The translations under genes were made by a program, and so were the position numbers. A DNA stretch of 48,819 nucleotides, filler included, from Streblomastix strix (taxonomy: Eukaryota), in the NCBI GenBank assembly GCA_008636045.1. It is 2 parts of 2 records of this genome, joined end to end, with 100 filler letters (N's around TTAATTAATTAA, not from the genome) between each part and the next. Parts side by side here need not be neighbours in the genome. Positions count along the whole stretch, not along the records: positions 1 to 24,366 come from SNRW01000237.1; 1 more part is not named here. One strand, written 5' to 3'. The notes under the pieces are model-generated. The model had not been told where the DNA came from, did no database searches, and saw only the letters and a list, made by a program, of their open reading frames with translations. Of the stretch, positions 1 to 10,170 are shown piece by piece (within the stretch, counting starts at the first letter, position 1; every line of letters begins with the position of its first letter).

Positions 1-1448
1 TTAATCCCTTATGCTCTAATTGTTTCGTTAGTTATGCCATATAACCCACAGAATAGACTTAGAAGTGATACCTCTTTGTTTAATGGTTACGGATAGTTAT
101 GTATATCTAGATCCCTCAATCCATCTATACACGCTAATGCAAGTTCATCATTCATCTTATCAATTGTACCATCATCATTGATTTATACTCCATAGTTTCT
201 ATCGTGCTGTTACTAAACATAGTCCTACTAACTCATTTCAATATCTACATTCCATTAATCTAATATTTAACGCAAACTTGCTAAATGAGACGCATTAGCC
301 CAATCATTAATCGCTTCATACTTGAGGATCTATCTTACGTTATTTTTAGTTTCTCTGATTGTTGTATTAGGAGCAACTATACGATTCTAAATCAATTCAT
401 TTGTTTCTTTTCCATTCTCAATTTTATATCTACTCATTTACGCAAATATGTCAATGTCGAAGTTATCTCTCGTGATTACTTTAATATTACGATTCGATGG
501 TAACATATAATTGTTTCTATTGCAATAGGCATGTATCCCTCCATGAGCTGTTTTAACTAACCCTACATTAGCAGGAAGCATATTATCGATTATACTCTAG
601 CGTATTTTATCAATCTCTTCTATTGGTAGTTTCTTGTTGATATCGAAGTCAATAACGCATAGGTTATCTTCTTTCATTAGTGATAGGTCAACTAATCTAC
701 CTGTTATCTATTGTTTTTTAGCCTTTAAGTTATCGGTTTCGTTATCTTACTATTATCCTATTTTTGTATAGTTCACTGTGTTAATCATAGCATCTTTAAC
801 GCGTTCGATAATGGTTTTATTATCCTATTCTTGCATATACAAATCAACTAACGGTTACATTATCTCTTGAAATATATTATCTTCTCTATTCTTTTCTAAT
901 CGATATATCAAGTAGTGTCTATCATCTTATTCTTTATCTGTTCCTCCATATTAATTGCGTAAGTCACTGATGTGTTAATTGTATCTCTATTCAATGATTT
1001 ATCTATTAGCGTTTACGCCAGCAGCTTTGCTGTTATTTTTCTCATTAACCTATTAATTAACCTATTCATTAACCTGTTCATTAACCTCTTGTTTAACCTG
1101 TTGATTATCGTCTTGTTTAACCTATTCATTAACCTGTTGATTATCCTGTTGATTAGTCTATGGATTAGTCTGTGGATTAGTCTATTGATTTACCTATTGA
1201 TTAATTTGTTCATTAACCTATTGATTCAATTGTTGATTAATCTATTGATTAACCTATTGATTATCCTGTTCATTAACCTGTTGATTAGTTTGTTCATTAA
1301 TCTATTGATTTACCTATTCGTTAATTGCTTTTGTTATCTCATCTGTTTTCGATTTGCAGGTATACTTACGTTTTGTTCCTTTATCTAGTGTAATAGATCT
1401 ATAGTTTGGTTGAATTGCGATGTCAATTGAAGATTCGAGTAATGCCAT
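1..1448 (-). CDS. Prim-Pol (AEP primase-polymerase) protein, probably N-terminal part of a primase-SF3 helicase; runs off window start
   Basis: Open 482 codons with TAR=Gln: MALLESSIDIAIQ...(VNQQ)n...LCVIDFDINKK...NVGLVKTAHGGIHAYCN. Has the DxD and T-x-x-GG-x-H motifs of Prim-Pol. Homologous to the 10171-12895 gene, which carries the helicase. Confidence 0.85.
1044..1325 (-). repeat. 12-bp coding tandem repeat, (V/I/T)N(Q/E)Q, about 20+ copies
   Basis: Minus-strand units GTTAATGAATAG / ATTAATCAACAG etc. inside the Prim-Pol ORF. Explains the spurious LINLL ORF at 972-1388. Confidence 0.9.
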
Positions 1449-1505
1449 TTAACTTAAAAATAAAAAAGCAAGACACATTGATCGTTGATTTTTAATTGAT
1501 TATAA

Positions 1506-1985
1506 ATGCAGAAACAATAACTGTCGAAAAATATGTAAAGTAACCTATTAAAATAACTCTCTTTAATTACTGATCCAGTCAAATTGAGATTGTTTATTAG
1601 TGAAACCCCTGATATATATTCCTTTAGTGCACATGAATTAAATCGATTCGTTAATGTATATAATTATCGTTTGACCTATCGTAAAAATAAGTAAGGTGAA
1701 ATTAAACTAGAGGTATATAAATTATGGAAGACTAATAAGCTATATAATGCTTCTTCTAATTAAGCTACCTAAAGGTTGAGCTAAAGCGAGGAACTATCAA
1801 TTGAATTAACTGATAACCTTGATAATATAACTGTGCGATAATTGCTTAATAGTGATATAGGTAAATAATTGCTTTAATGCTATTCGTTAATGGTTTTTAA
1901 ATAACCCAATTGTGTTAATGAAATAATTAGCTAAATAAATAACTTAAGCAAGATTAGTGAAATAAATAGTGAAAGTCAATAGTGA
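1506..1985 (+). CDS. Hypothetical element protein A (159 aa)
   Basis: ATG 1506 to TGA 1983-1985, open in TAR=Gln code: MQKQQLSKNMQSNLLKQLSLITDPVKLRLFISETPDIY... N-terminus similar to the 6023-6910 product. Confidence 0.75.
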
Positions 1986-1991
1986 CTCAAT

Positions 1992-2127
1992 AATCGTTAA
2001 TCATTCATCATCGGCATAGATATCGTAATCGTTAATCATTCATTAGTGGTATAGATATTGAAATCGTTATTCATTCATTAGTGGTATAGATATTGAAATC
2101 GTTAATCATTCATTAGTGGTATAGATT
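1992..2127. repeat. 35-bp tandem repeat, ~4 copies
   Basis: Unit AATCGTTAATCATTCATTAGTGGTATAGATATTGA starting at 1992, 2027, 2062 and 2097. Confidence 0.95.
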
Positions 2128-2271
2128 AATTACTTATTAATCAGAGACAAACGAAGTGAGACTCTTTATTTTTGCTCGTTATTCCAAAGGAGGGGAGTCC
2201 TTATCAATCCACAAAGTCAATCTACATGGTATCCACATACCATTCATCGTATAGTTACTCCTTGGCGTTCA

Positions 2272-5200
2272 TCAAATACCAGTGATTTCAGTCCATTTCT
2301 AAGAATGATGAATTATCGAAAGATATGGTATGTATTGATGTCTCTGTGCTGTAGGCTAGTATATATAGGTCATTATGCACGCGATTCGTGAAGACCGTTT
2401 ATTTTTGAAAATTAGAATTAATTTGGTTATTTATACCCTTATTTTACTGAGTTCGTGATTTTCATCAGCGCTGGGGATAAATGGGTTCAAATCCCTGCGT
2501 TTTAAAAATAGTGCCAATTTCGCCAATAATATCTTCTTACGGTTATCTTTAGTGTGAGCTATATTGTTGTCTATTCGTTCAAGAGTTGGCTTATTTATAC
2601 TAGTGAATTTAGCTTAGCAGTAGCAGCATTTATTTGGGATCAATTCATTGAAGTAATCCATGTCATCAGCGGTCACGTTATTTGTTATATCTCTTCCTGC
2701 TTTGTTATCCTGTTGTATATATGATTCAATTTTCTTATTCCATTTTTCTGAATAAAATTTATATTATTTATTACCTGTTTCTATATTGTAATCTCCATTA
2801 ATGTCGAAGTCTTCCCAAGCATAATTATACTTAATTGAGTTAGCAATTTGAGATAAGGATATCTAAGATAACATATCAATACCTTACTACCAACATAAAT
2901 CGATCAAATTATTGATTGGAGCAAACATACACTCTACATCACGAATATTGTAGTACTTTAGATAAGACCATCTATCCTCGAATTTACTATTACCATTTGT
3001 ATCTAAACTAACGAAGTCTTCAACGTATTCTTAATATTCTTTATCGCTAATATTTTTCCAACTAATTAAATTATAAAAATCCTTATGTTTAAATGGTTCT
3101 GATGATGATAGGAACTAATTCACATTGTTAATGTTGAAAGATCCATGAGGAAACTTACCCCTAGTTAGTTTGGTTCCATTTCCATATTTATGAACAAAAT
3201 TATCGAGCGTTGTTGGTGGAATAAATGTAAGAATATCCTTGAACACTAGTTCGAACTGATAGTCTGTGTGTCTAATTGTCACTTACTTCTGTTGAGTAGT
3301 TGACCCAAGATAAGCATTACTTTTGAATATAATTTAAGGATATTAAACTAGATATGGAAATATGATGTTAAAATCGAACTTTTTGGAGTTGAATCCGAAG
3401 ATAGCTACTTGATGAATCTTTTATTAGTGTTTTTATTATTCATTTTCATTATCAAATTTCACTATTGATTCACATGCTAAATTTGCTTCATTAACCTCAT
3501 TCGCTAGCTCCCACATCTATTCTATGAATTTGTTCATGAAATCTTATGTTCTGTTATCAATATATTTTGATTATATTTTATCGTTTATTTATGTGCCAAT
3601 AACTATAGATAGTGGTTTGAGTTATGCGTAGATTTAATCATTTTCTTGAGCTCCGCGCTAATGCTCCTACTCTTCAACGGTTTCTGCTTCAATACACATG
3701 TAATTTTTTGTAGGTTATAGTATATCGCTTACACCTTATTCTTAATCCTTGGGGAATAGCTTTGTTTAACCTGTTGCGAATAATTTTTGAATAGTTTTAT
3801 TAGATTTGAGATACGGCATAAATGGTTACGCTAATTTATCAAGTTTTGGGTGCTTCTATTGATCAGGACCTTTACATGATTCTAGATGAGTCTTCAAGTC
3901 TCTACCAAAGTGAGCACTAGTTCGATTTAATAATATTTGATTGCATTTCTTGCATAAGTATCCACCTACTACTCGATCAATGTCTTTGATGAACATAGCA
4001 TGAACTTACGGATTCTCATCACCTTGTATGGATAATGGAGCTAGTAAAATATGAGTAGTTACCCACCCTTAGTTAACAATATATTCGCTAGTTTTATTGA
4101 ATTATTTTTCAGAGTGATCATATTCATAAGTCATTACGTTTAGATTGAAGCATTATTGGAATTTCTCTAGATCTGTGTCTTAATTGAACCCTTCATACTC
4201 TTTTAGCAATTCTTTTTATTCTTTATTTAATCGTCCACCTTCCTTATGGACTTGATCATTAAACTGTAGGAATAGTTCAATACCATTAGCGATACGAGAT
4301 TTATTGTTATTTATCTCAGGATGTAGTTAAAGTGATGCAGCTATGAACCAACAGATATTGTAATCACAATCAATGGATCTAGTGTAGTCATGTTAGTTGA
4401 ACCATTATACTTCAGGTCTTAATTTAGTGCCAAGTGGTAATTCATAAACAATAATAACAAATGAAAAAAGTGCTACTTTTCTAGTGTTTGACTCTTAGTG
4501 AAGCGGAGACTAATCTTCGTGGATCATATCGTGAACTCGATCTTTGAATAGTTTAAGCGATGAGTTATCTCGTATAATTATTGGATAATTTTTATGAGAA
4601 TTTTCTAATGATGGTTTATAATAATTATAGCTATAATCATTTCTGATTCCCTTCTTGATATGAGTTGATTAAGTTGTTTACCAGATGCTTCTAAAATCCA
4701 CAGCTATCTTGTATATTTTATTTTTATGTAATTCATGCACTTAGGTTAATTTGTCATCAAATTATTTAAGATGAGTAAATTTATTAAAGTAATATGTATG
4801 ATAAGGTTCCCTATTTTAAACATTATTAGCCTATGCAGTTCTATCTGATAATCCAGCAAGATCAACCTCATTTTATTCACGGTATCGCTTTCTTGTTTCA
4901 ATTAGTGTTTCATTAAATTTCTTCTAATCATCAGGTTAAAAGTACATAAATGCTTTGAGCTATTCGACAATTTTAGCGTTATATTCATTAATGAATTTGA
5001 GATCAGGCTCTTATAGTTGCTTATTTTTATAAAACCCGAGTAATGATTCAGTTAATTTTGCCTATTTAATCGAATACTCTTCTTCAGTTAGTTTATTTTT
5101 ATTTAAGTCTGATAATCTTTCGTCTCTAACGCGCTTCACTTGCTTGAAGGTGTTACTGAGAACTTTAACGAAATGGGTTAATATTTTTCTTTCTTTATGT

Positions 5201-5940
5201 CGTTAATATTATCGTTAAATCTTCTTAGCTGCATGATCCAGTTATATCTAGTCTAGATTATGAGCAAGCATTGCTCTTGTATTGATTAATTGCTTCATAC
5301 TGATTGGGTTCAAATCATTGATTCTTTATTATTTTATTTCATTAATTTATTACATTTATTTATCCTTTAACTCTTATAGTTATCTCTTAGCTTCATTGAT
5401 TTGTTAACGATTTCTCATTGACTTCTTGACTAGATCGAGAGCCTTAATCTCATTGAGTTATTCACTATCATTAGCTAATTGATTAATCTATTCTTATAAC
5501 TTCGTCACTTACTATCTTAGTTCAATCTACTTATTAATTCCATCCAATTTCTCTGCGGCTAATTTCAATTCTTATTTAGCTTTTATTCTTTATTGTTATA
5601 ATTATATTAGCTATTATTGCATTAGCACAGAATCATCATCTTATTGCATTAGCACGGAGTCATCATCTTATTGCATTAGCACGGAGTCATCATTTTACTC
5701 ATTATTCCATTCATTTTTTGTTGTAAGCAATTCACTTGCTGAAGGCTACGCCTGAACTGCATTGCGAACAAACTCACTTATCTAAGAAATGCTACTCTTT
5801 GATCCCGAATACCCTTATGCTTTGATTGTTTGTAGTAACAGTTATTCAAGTACTGGTTTGGTTGATTTAGGATCATATTGAACATCAAGTTGATTGAGCA
5901 TATCACGAACTTCGGAAATTAAAAAATATTTTCTGGCCAT
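2272..5940 (-). CDS. Protein-primed family B DNA polymerase-like protein (Polinton type), 1222 aa, C-terminally truncated (no polymerase palm)
   Basis: Uninterrupted frame from ATG 5940 to TGA 2272. Motifs in order: DCDYNICWFIA, HAMFIKDI, CKKC..H...C zinc finger, ExoI-like YMCIEAETVE, ExoII GFNSKKFD, RGKFPH, ExoIII YYNIRDV, then HNH-like CCYC..PTLERIDNNIAHTKDN. Similarity ends near 2535. No DxxSLYP, KxxxNSxYG or YxDTDS. Confidence 0.88.
5614..5694 (-). repeat. 27-bp coding tandem repeat x3 (DDDSVLMQQ)
   Basis: TTATTGCATTAGCAC(A/G)GA(A/G)TCATCAT(C/T) at 5614, 5641 and 5668. Confidence 0.95.
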
Positions 5941-6022
5941 TTTTGAATCCGATAAAAAGTTGAGAAAGACGATTAAAAGTTGATTATGATGATTAAAATT
6001 AGAATTTTTACAGCTTCGAAAT
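5941..6022. promoter_or_regulatory. Putative bidirectional promoter with three 20-bp-spaced motifs
   Basis: 82-bp gap between divergent ATGs. CGATAAAAAGTTGA (5950), CGATTAAAAGTTGA (5970), TGATTAAAATTAGA (5990). Confidence 0.5.
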
Positions 6023-6910
6023 ATGTCGTAAGTAAATCAACACCAATTAGAAATATTATAGAATTTATCGAAATTATCATCACCTGAAGAGATTAGACTG
6101 TTCATGTTAGACAACCCTGAACTAGATTAAATTAAATCATTCATAATTAATAAATATATTCATATACCAACTCATCGTATTGTACGCCGACGTGACAGAT
6201 TATATTTAGATGCATAACCCAAAAGTCGCTAGAAATTAACTTTAAATACAAATTAAAATGAAACATTGATAGATCCAGCAAATTAGACATCATTTCCAAG
6301 ATAAATTTATCCGATAATTCAGGATGTTGATGGTACGGCTTAGCGAGATGAATAAACAAGTGAATAATCAAGTGAATAAAGTGATAAAAATACTTTTAAA
6401 TCATCTGTGAATAAATTCTTGATTAATCATTATTCATAATAAGATAACAAAAATAACTATTCAACATAAGGAGTTCATACTAAAGATGTTAATAGAGCTT
6501 TATACGAAAGTGAATTAGGTTAAATGTTAGAAGCAACTTGTGATGTACTATGTAAATATAATGATATTGAGTCAGGTATTGATCACAATAAATGCTAGGA
6601 ACTTCGTGATGCTTATTTATTGGATATATCAAAGGAAGAATAAAAAGATTTGAATAATGTAATAGCTTTTATTGATTAAGGTTTGCTTGGAAATTATATT
6701 CGAAATATCTATACTTTGGTTACTGCAATGATATAAAATTAAACAATTCAGAATAGTAAACCTAAGATATCAGATCATGAAAAATTTATAGAATAACTAA
6801 GAAAATAAAATGAACATCCCTCAAAATCACCTGAAGAGGTCAAATATCACTTATTCCCAAATATATATCAAAGTATACACTAATAACAATACTACTAACG
6901 ATCCGATTGA
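6023..6910 (+). CDS. Hypothetical element protein B (295 aa)
   Basis: ATG 6023 to TGA 6908-6910, open in TAR=Gln code: MSQVNQHQLEILQNLSKLSSPEEIRLFMLDNPELDQIKSFIINKYIHIPTHRIVRRRDRLYL... Confidence 0.8.
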
Positions 6911-7229
6911 TTTATTTTTGTAGCTTTTGGCATTTGTTTCTTAGTAATTTATTAGCATCAATGCGTGTAAATAATGGTAAGAATTTGTTAGAATCGTTGA
7001 TATTAAGCGTTGATTTTCCACAATTTTCCATTTTCAAATAATCGTTGAGATTTGCGTTCTGGTTAGTGTGATTCAGTTAAATTGTATAAATTATGATAAA
7101 AATGTGCAAGAATCGTTGATATTAGGCGTTATTTGTCCAGAATGACCATTTTGGCTAGAATCGTGGAGGATTGGATCCAAAACACCGTGAAATAGTTAAG
7201 GCTCTGGAAAAACACCATCGTATAGTAGT
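6911..7229. repeat. Putative terminal (inverted-repeat) region of element 1 with internal ~119-bp imperfect duplication
   Basis: AGAATCGTTGATATTA(A/G)GCGTT at ~6990 and ~7109, with AATCGT(T/G)GAG at ~7040 and ~7159. Ends in TATAGTAGT. Confidence 0.55.
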
Positions 7230-7231
7230 AA

Positions 7232-8839
7232 GGTTTAAAATAAGTTTCCAAACTTGTTATAAATAACAGTTGCGCTATGTCTGGAGATCTCTAAAGTGTA
7301 TATGGTCATATATCAGTATCTCTAGAGTTAAATAAATATCTAGCTTTTAGCTTTGGAGGACTTACTTACACTTACACTACCATGCCATTTTGTGTTACGA
7401 CCACGCACCGAGTCTTCACCAAAGCAATGAGAAAAGTTCTACAAAACCTTAGGGTTCATGATATAAATTGTACATCATATCTAGATATTAGCATCGAATA
7501 GATCCAGAATCAAGAAGAAGTTAAATCACAAATGACACACACGGTTAGTCTATTCATACGACTAGAACTTACAATAAACTTCCATAAGTCGATGCTAGTA
7601 CCAACATAAAACCCAATTTATCTCGGAATCTAATGGGATTCGAGGAAAATAGTGACAACATCAACCTAATAAAAATTAGGACTTATCCAAGCATCGTTAG
7701 GAAGTTAGATGTAAACAAGCGAGAATATGAAGATGGCTAGAGAGCTGGCGTCACTTATAGGTTAATTAAAAGCTACAAATTTCATTAATATTTATGCTCT
7801 AGCAAGAATGATTGAAATGATTTTCGTTAAAAATAGAGCAAATAAAATACAAGGATGGGAAACTGGTCTATTTTGTAACGAAAAACAATATATCAAACAA
7901 GAGATGCAATGGTAGCACGATAGATTGCTAAAGCCAATGACATCATCCTTCCACCTATTCAGGACAATAATTTGATTAAAAACGTATACATCCTCTTCGG
8001 ATTATGATGAAATAATAGAGAGGAATATTTTTTTGACAGAATTGAGGGGAAACTGAGAATCTCCTGGAATACAATCACAGAATAAAAGAGAACTACTCCG
8101 AGTACTGGAGCTGATCAAGTTAATAATAAAAATCAAATTATTATTAAACCACGAAGATCTTCAAGTTTACCCAGATAACACGATTGTAATGGCAATATTG
8201 AGCAGAAACACTAAAAGTAACTCACTACTTCAGATCTTATTTGAACTACTAACAATAATGGAAAATAATAAAATAAAAATTTCGGCTTCGCACATAGCAG
8301 GAATATTGATTATTCAAGAAGATAAACTCTCACGATATATTGAAACCTGGTATTTTCAGCTTATACCTCAAATATTCAATAATCTATGCAAATAGATACA
8401 AATCAGACCAAAAATAGACCTTTTCGCGTCAACATCGAACACACAGCTTCCAACTTTCTATTCCATAATCTTATAAAAGAATAGTTTAGAAGCAAATTCA
8501 ATTAATCAAAATTGGAAACAATTCAATGTAGTATACGAATTCCTACCACAGCTATTAATTATATATGCACTTCAAAAAATACAACAGGCTAATTCTGCAG
8601 CATTGAAAATTATACCCTAATAGCCAGCACCCATTTATATTCCGAAACTCCCAACAATGAATATAGTCAAGAGGATTAATCTGGGTTAGTTCAATTTAGC
8701 TGCTAAATAAGGCCAAGCATTTAAACTATCCCAAACATAATTACCTCAAGGCACGCTAGAAGCCTTACTGATTAGTGAAGCAGAGAACTCAAGAGATCCT
8801 AGACAGCGTAGGTGCAAAACCATGTTCATTGAAGATTGA
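7232..8839 (+). pseudogene. DIRS pol: reverse transcriptase - RNase H - DNA adenine methyltransferase-like domain
   Basis: GDLQSVYGHI..YLAFSFGG..MPFC..VFTK..YLDI (degenerate YLDD), KSMLVP..YLGIQWD. RNase H: NKRELL, DNTIV, HIAG...DKLSR. MTase: IDLFASTSNTQLPTFYS...QNW. Two in-frame TGA. Confidence 0.9.
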
Positions 8840-9625
8840 CTCGTTGGAGGAATTAAGCTTATCATCCTATAAAGGGGTTTTAGGTTCATGGATTAGTTAT
8901 GTTTATTAACACAATCTTGATTTCCAAAATTTACCAAATTACATACATATAACCTATCTCAAACAATTATATTATGATAATGCTTCAGTTAAACACATAT
9001 AATTAGCCAGAACAGCTTAATCAACGAATTTTTTTCGAAATCTAGAGTTAAATTTAGTGATGATACAAGAATATCAAGACTCATCCGTTTTGCTCAAAAA
9101 CTACACCAAGAAATATCCAGTAAATAATGAAAAACATATATTGATCCAGAACCACTATTTCTCTTAAAGAAAAATTAAGACATTCAAAAGATTAATGATA
9201 ATGCTATAATAATGAGAATTAACAACAATTCTTTTATTGTTCTAAGCAATAAAATTCCGTGAAATGTCAGAAATCATTTAAAATAATATCCAAAGAATTA
9301 ATGAAATATATAAAATATTCGTTTAAACCAAAACTAACTCGGACATCTTAACTCCGGAAACAAAACACCATATATATCAAAGACCTGGCGTTTCATCTTC
9401 CAAATAATTATAAGAATGCTTAAGAAGAAAGGAAAATAAAGGATCATCACAATAGTAGAAGAACGGAAAAGCACTATCTCCTGCAAATATCACAATTTAA
9501 CTTCTGACAGATTAAAAATACTGAAATTACTGCTCCATAGAAATCACATACACTAAAACATATTGGTCTAATTTAGGCAAGGGCATTAGGAATCGACAAA
9601 AAACTAGATACATACTCACGCTAGA
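8776..9625 (+). pseudogene. DIRS tyrosine recombinase, frameshifted, lacking the C-terminal catalytic Tyr region
   Basis: SAM-like N-terminus, AIKFREMSEI (Arg box), VQTKT, KSHTLKHIGL..ALGID...HAR (HxxR/K box). Confidence 0.75.
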
Positions 9626-10121
9626 ATGGAATTATGACGAAATTCATAGCAAGATTTAGTTTTGCGATGATTTATGATAAATAATGGGATAAATAAAGAA
9701 ATTATGAGAATTCCGTGAATTATCGGGAAAGTAGATGAAAATGGAAATAAGAAAATAAATAATGGAATAAAATTTTTAATAATTAAATTATAAAAATTTG
9801 TTATAAAATTTATAGGAAGGCTAATTAGACTAAAATTTGAGGTGTCGTGGTGCTAGGTGCTCGAAATGATTTGAGTTTACAAAAATGAGCCTTAGGAATG
9901 AGTTGACATGAGATAATACGCTGTATGATATGTACTCAATGAAATTGTGCTTAATTAGATAAAAAATAGTTAAGAACTGAGTAAGTAAATGATTAGACTA
10001 AGGAATTATTGATTTTAAGAATAAAACGAGGTAAAAAATATTTTTCTTTGTGAATTCCTGTATGTTTCATTACATGAATCGCGTAGTTCATTGCATGAGA
10101 CATTCGTCATAATTATATTCT
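9623..10121. repeat. ~500-bp non-coding segment bounded by short inverted repeats (MITE-like or terminal structure)
   Basis: AATTATGACGAA (9630-9641) vs TTCGTCATAATT (10103-10114), extending imperfectly on both sides (AGAAT outward, TCAT(A)GCAA inward). Confidence 0.4.
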
Positions 10122-10170
10122 GTATAAAAATGATAATTTTTAATGAATTTAATACGGAATTAACATTTCA

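Larger units (their letters stand above)
1..7229. mobile_element. Polinton/Maverick-like element 1 (right part; left part lies outside the window)
   Basis: Intronless, compact head-to-head gene pairs including protein-primed PolB and a Prim-Pol gene. A ~320-bp non-coding repeat-containing tail ends in TATAGTAGT directly against a 5'-truncated retrotransposon RT. Confidence 0.8.
7230..9625 (+). mobile_element. DIRS-type tyrosine-recombinase retrotransposon fragment, truncated at both ends
   Basis: RT-RNase H-methyltransferase frame followed by an overlapping YR frame, which is the DIRS1 domain order. Confidence 0.9.

Noticed and set aside
972..1388. 138-aa Leu/Ile-rich ORF (LINLL repeats) in the ORF track
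   Set aside because: Antisense shadow of the VNQQ repeat in the minus-strand Prim-Pol gene.
1992..2127. CRISPR-like array
   Set aside because: Units are contiguous with no unique spacers, there are no cas genes, and the context is eukaryotic.
2440..2505. tRNA gene or hammerhead ribozyme (GGTTCAAATCC on +, CTGATGA on -)
   Set aside because: T-stem is only 3 bp with no cloverleaf or A-box. No GAAA closing a stem II after CTGATGA.
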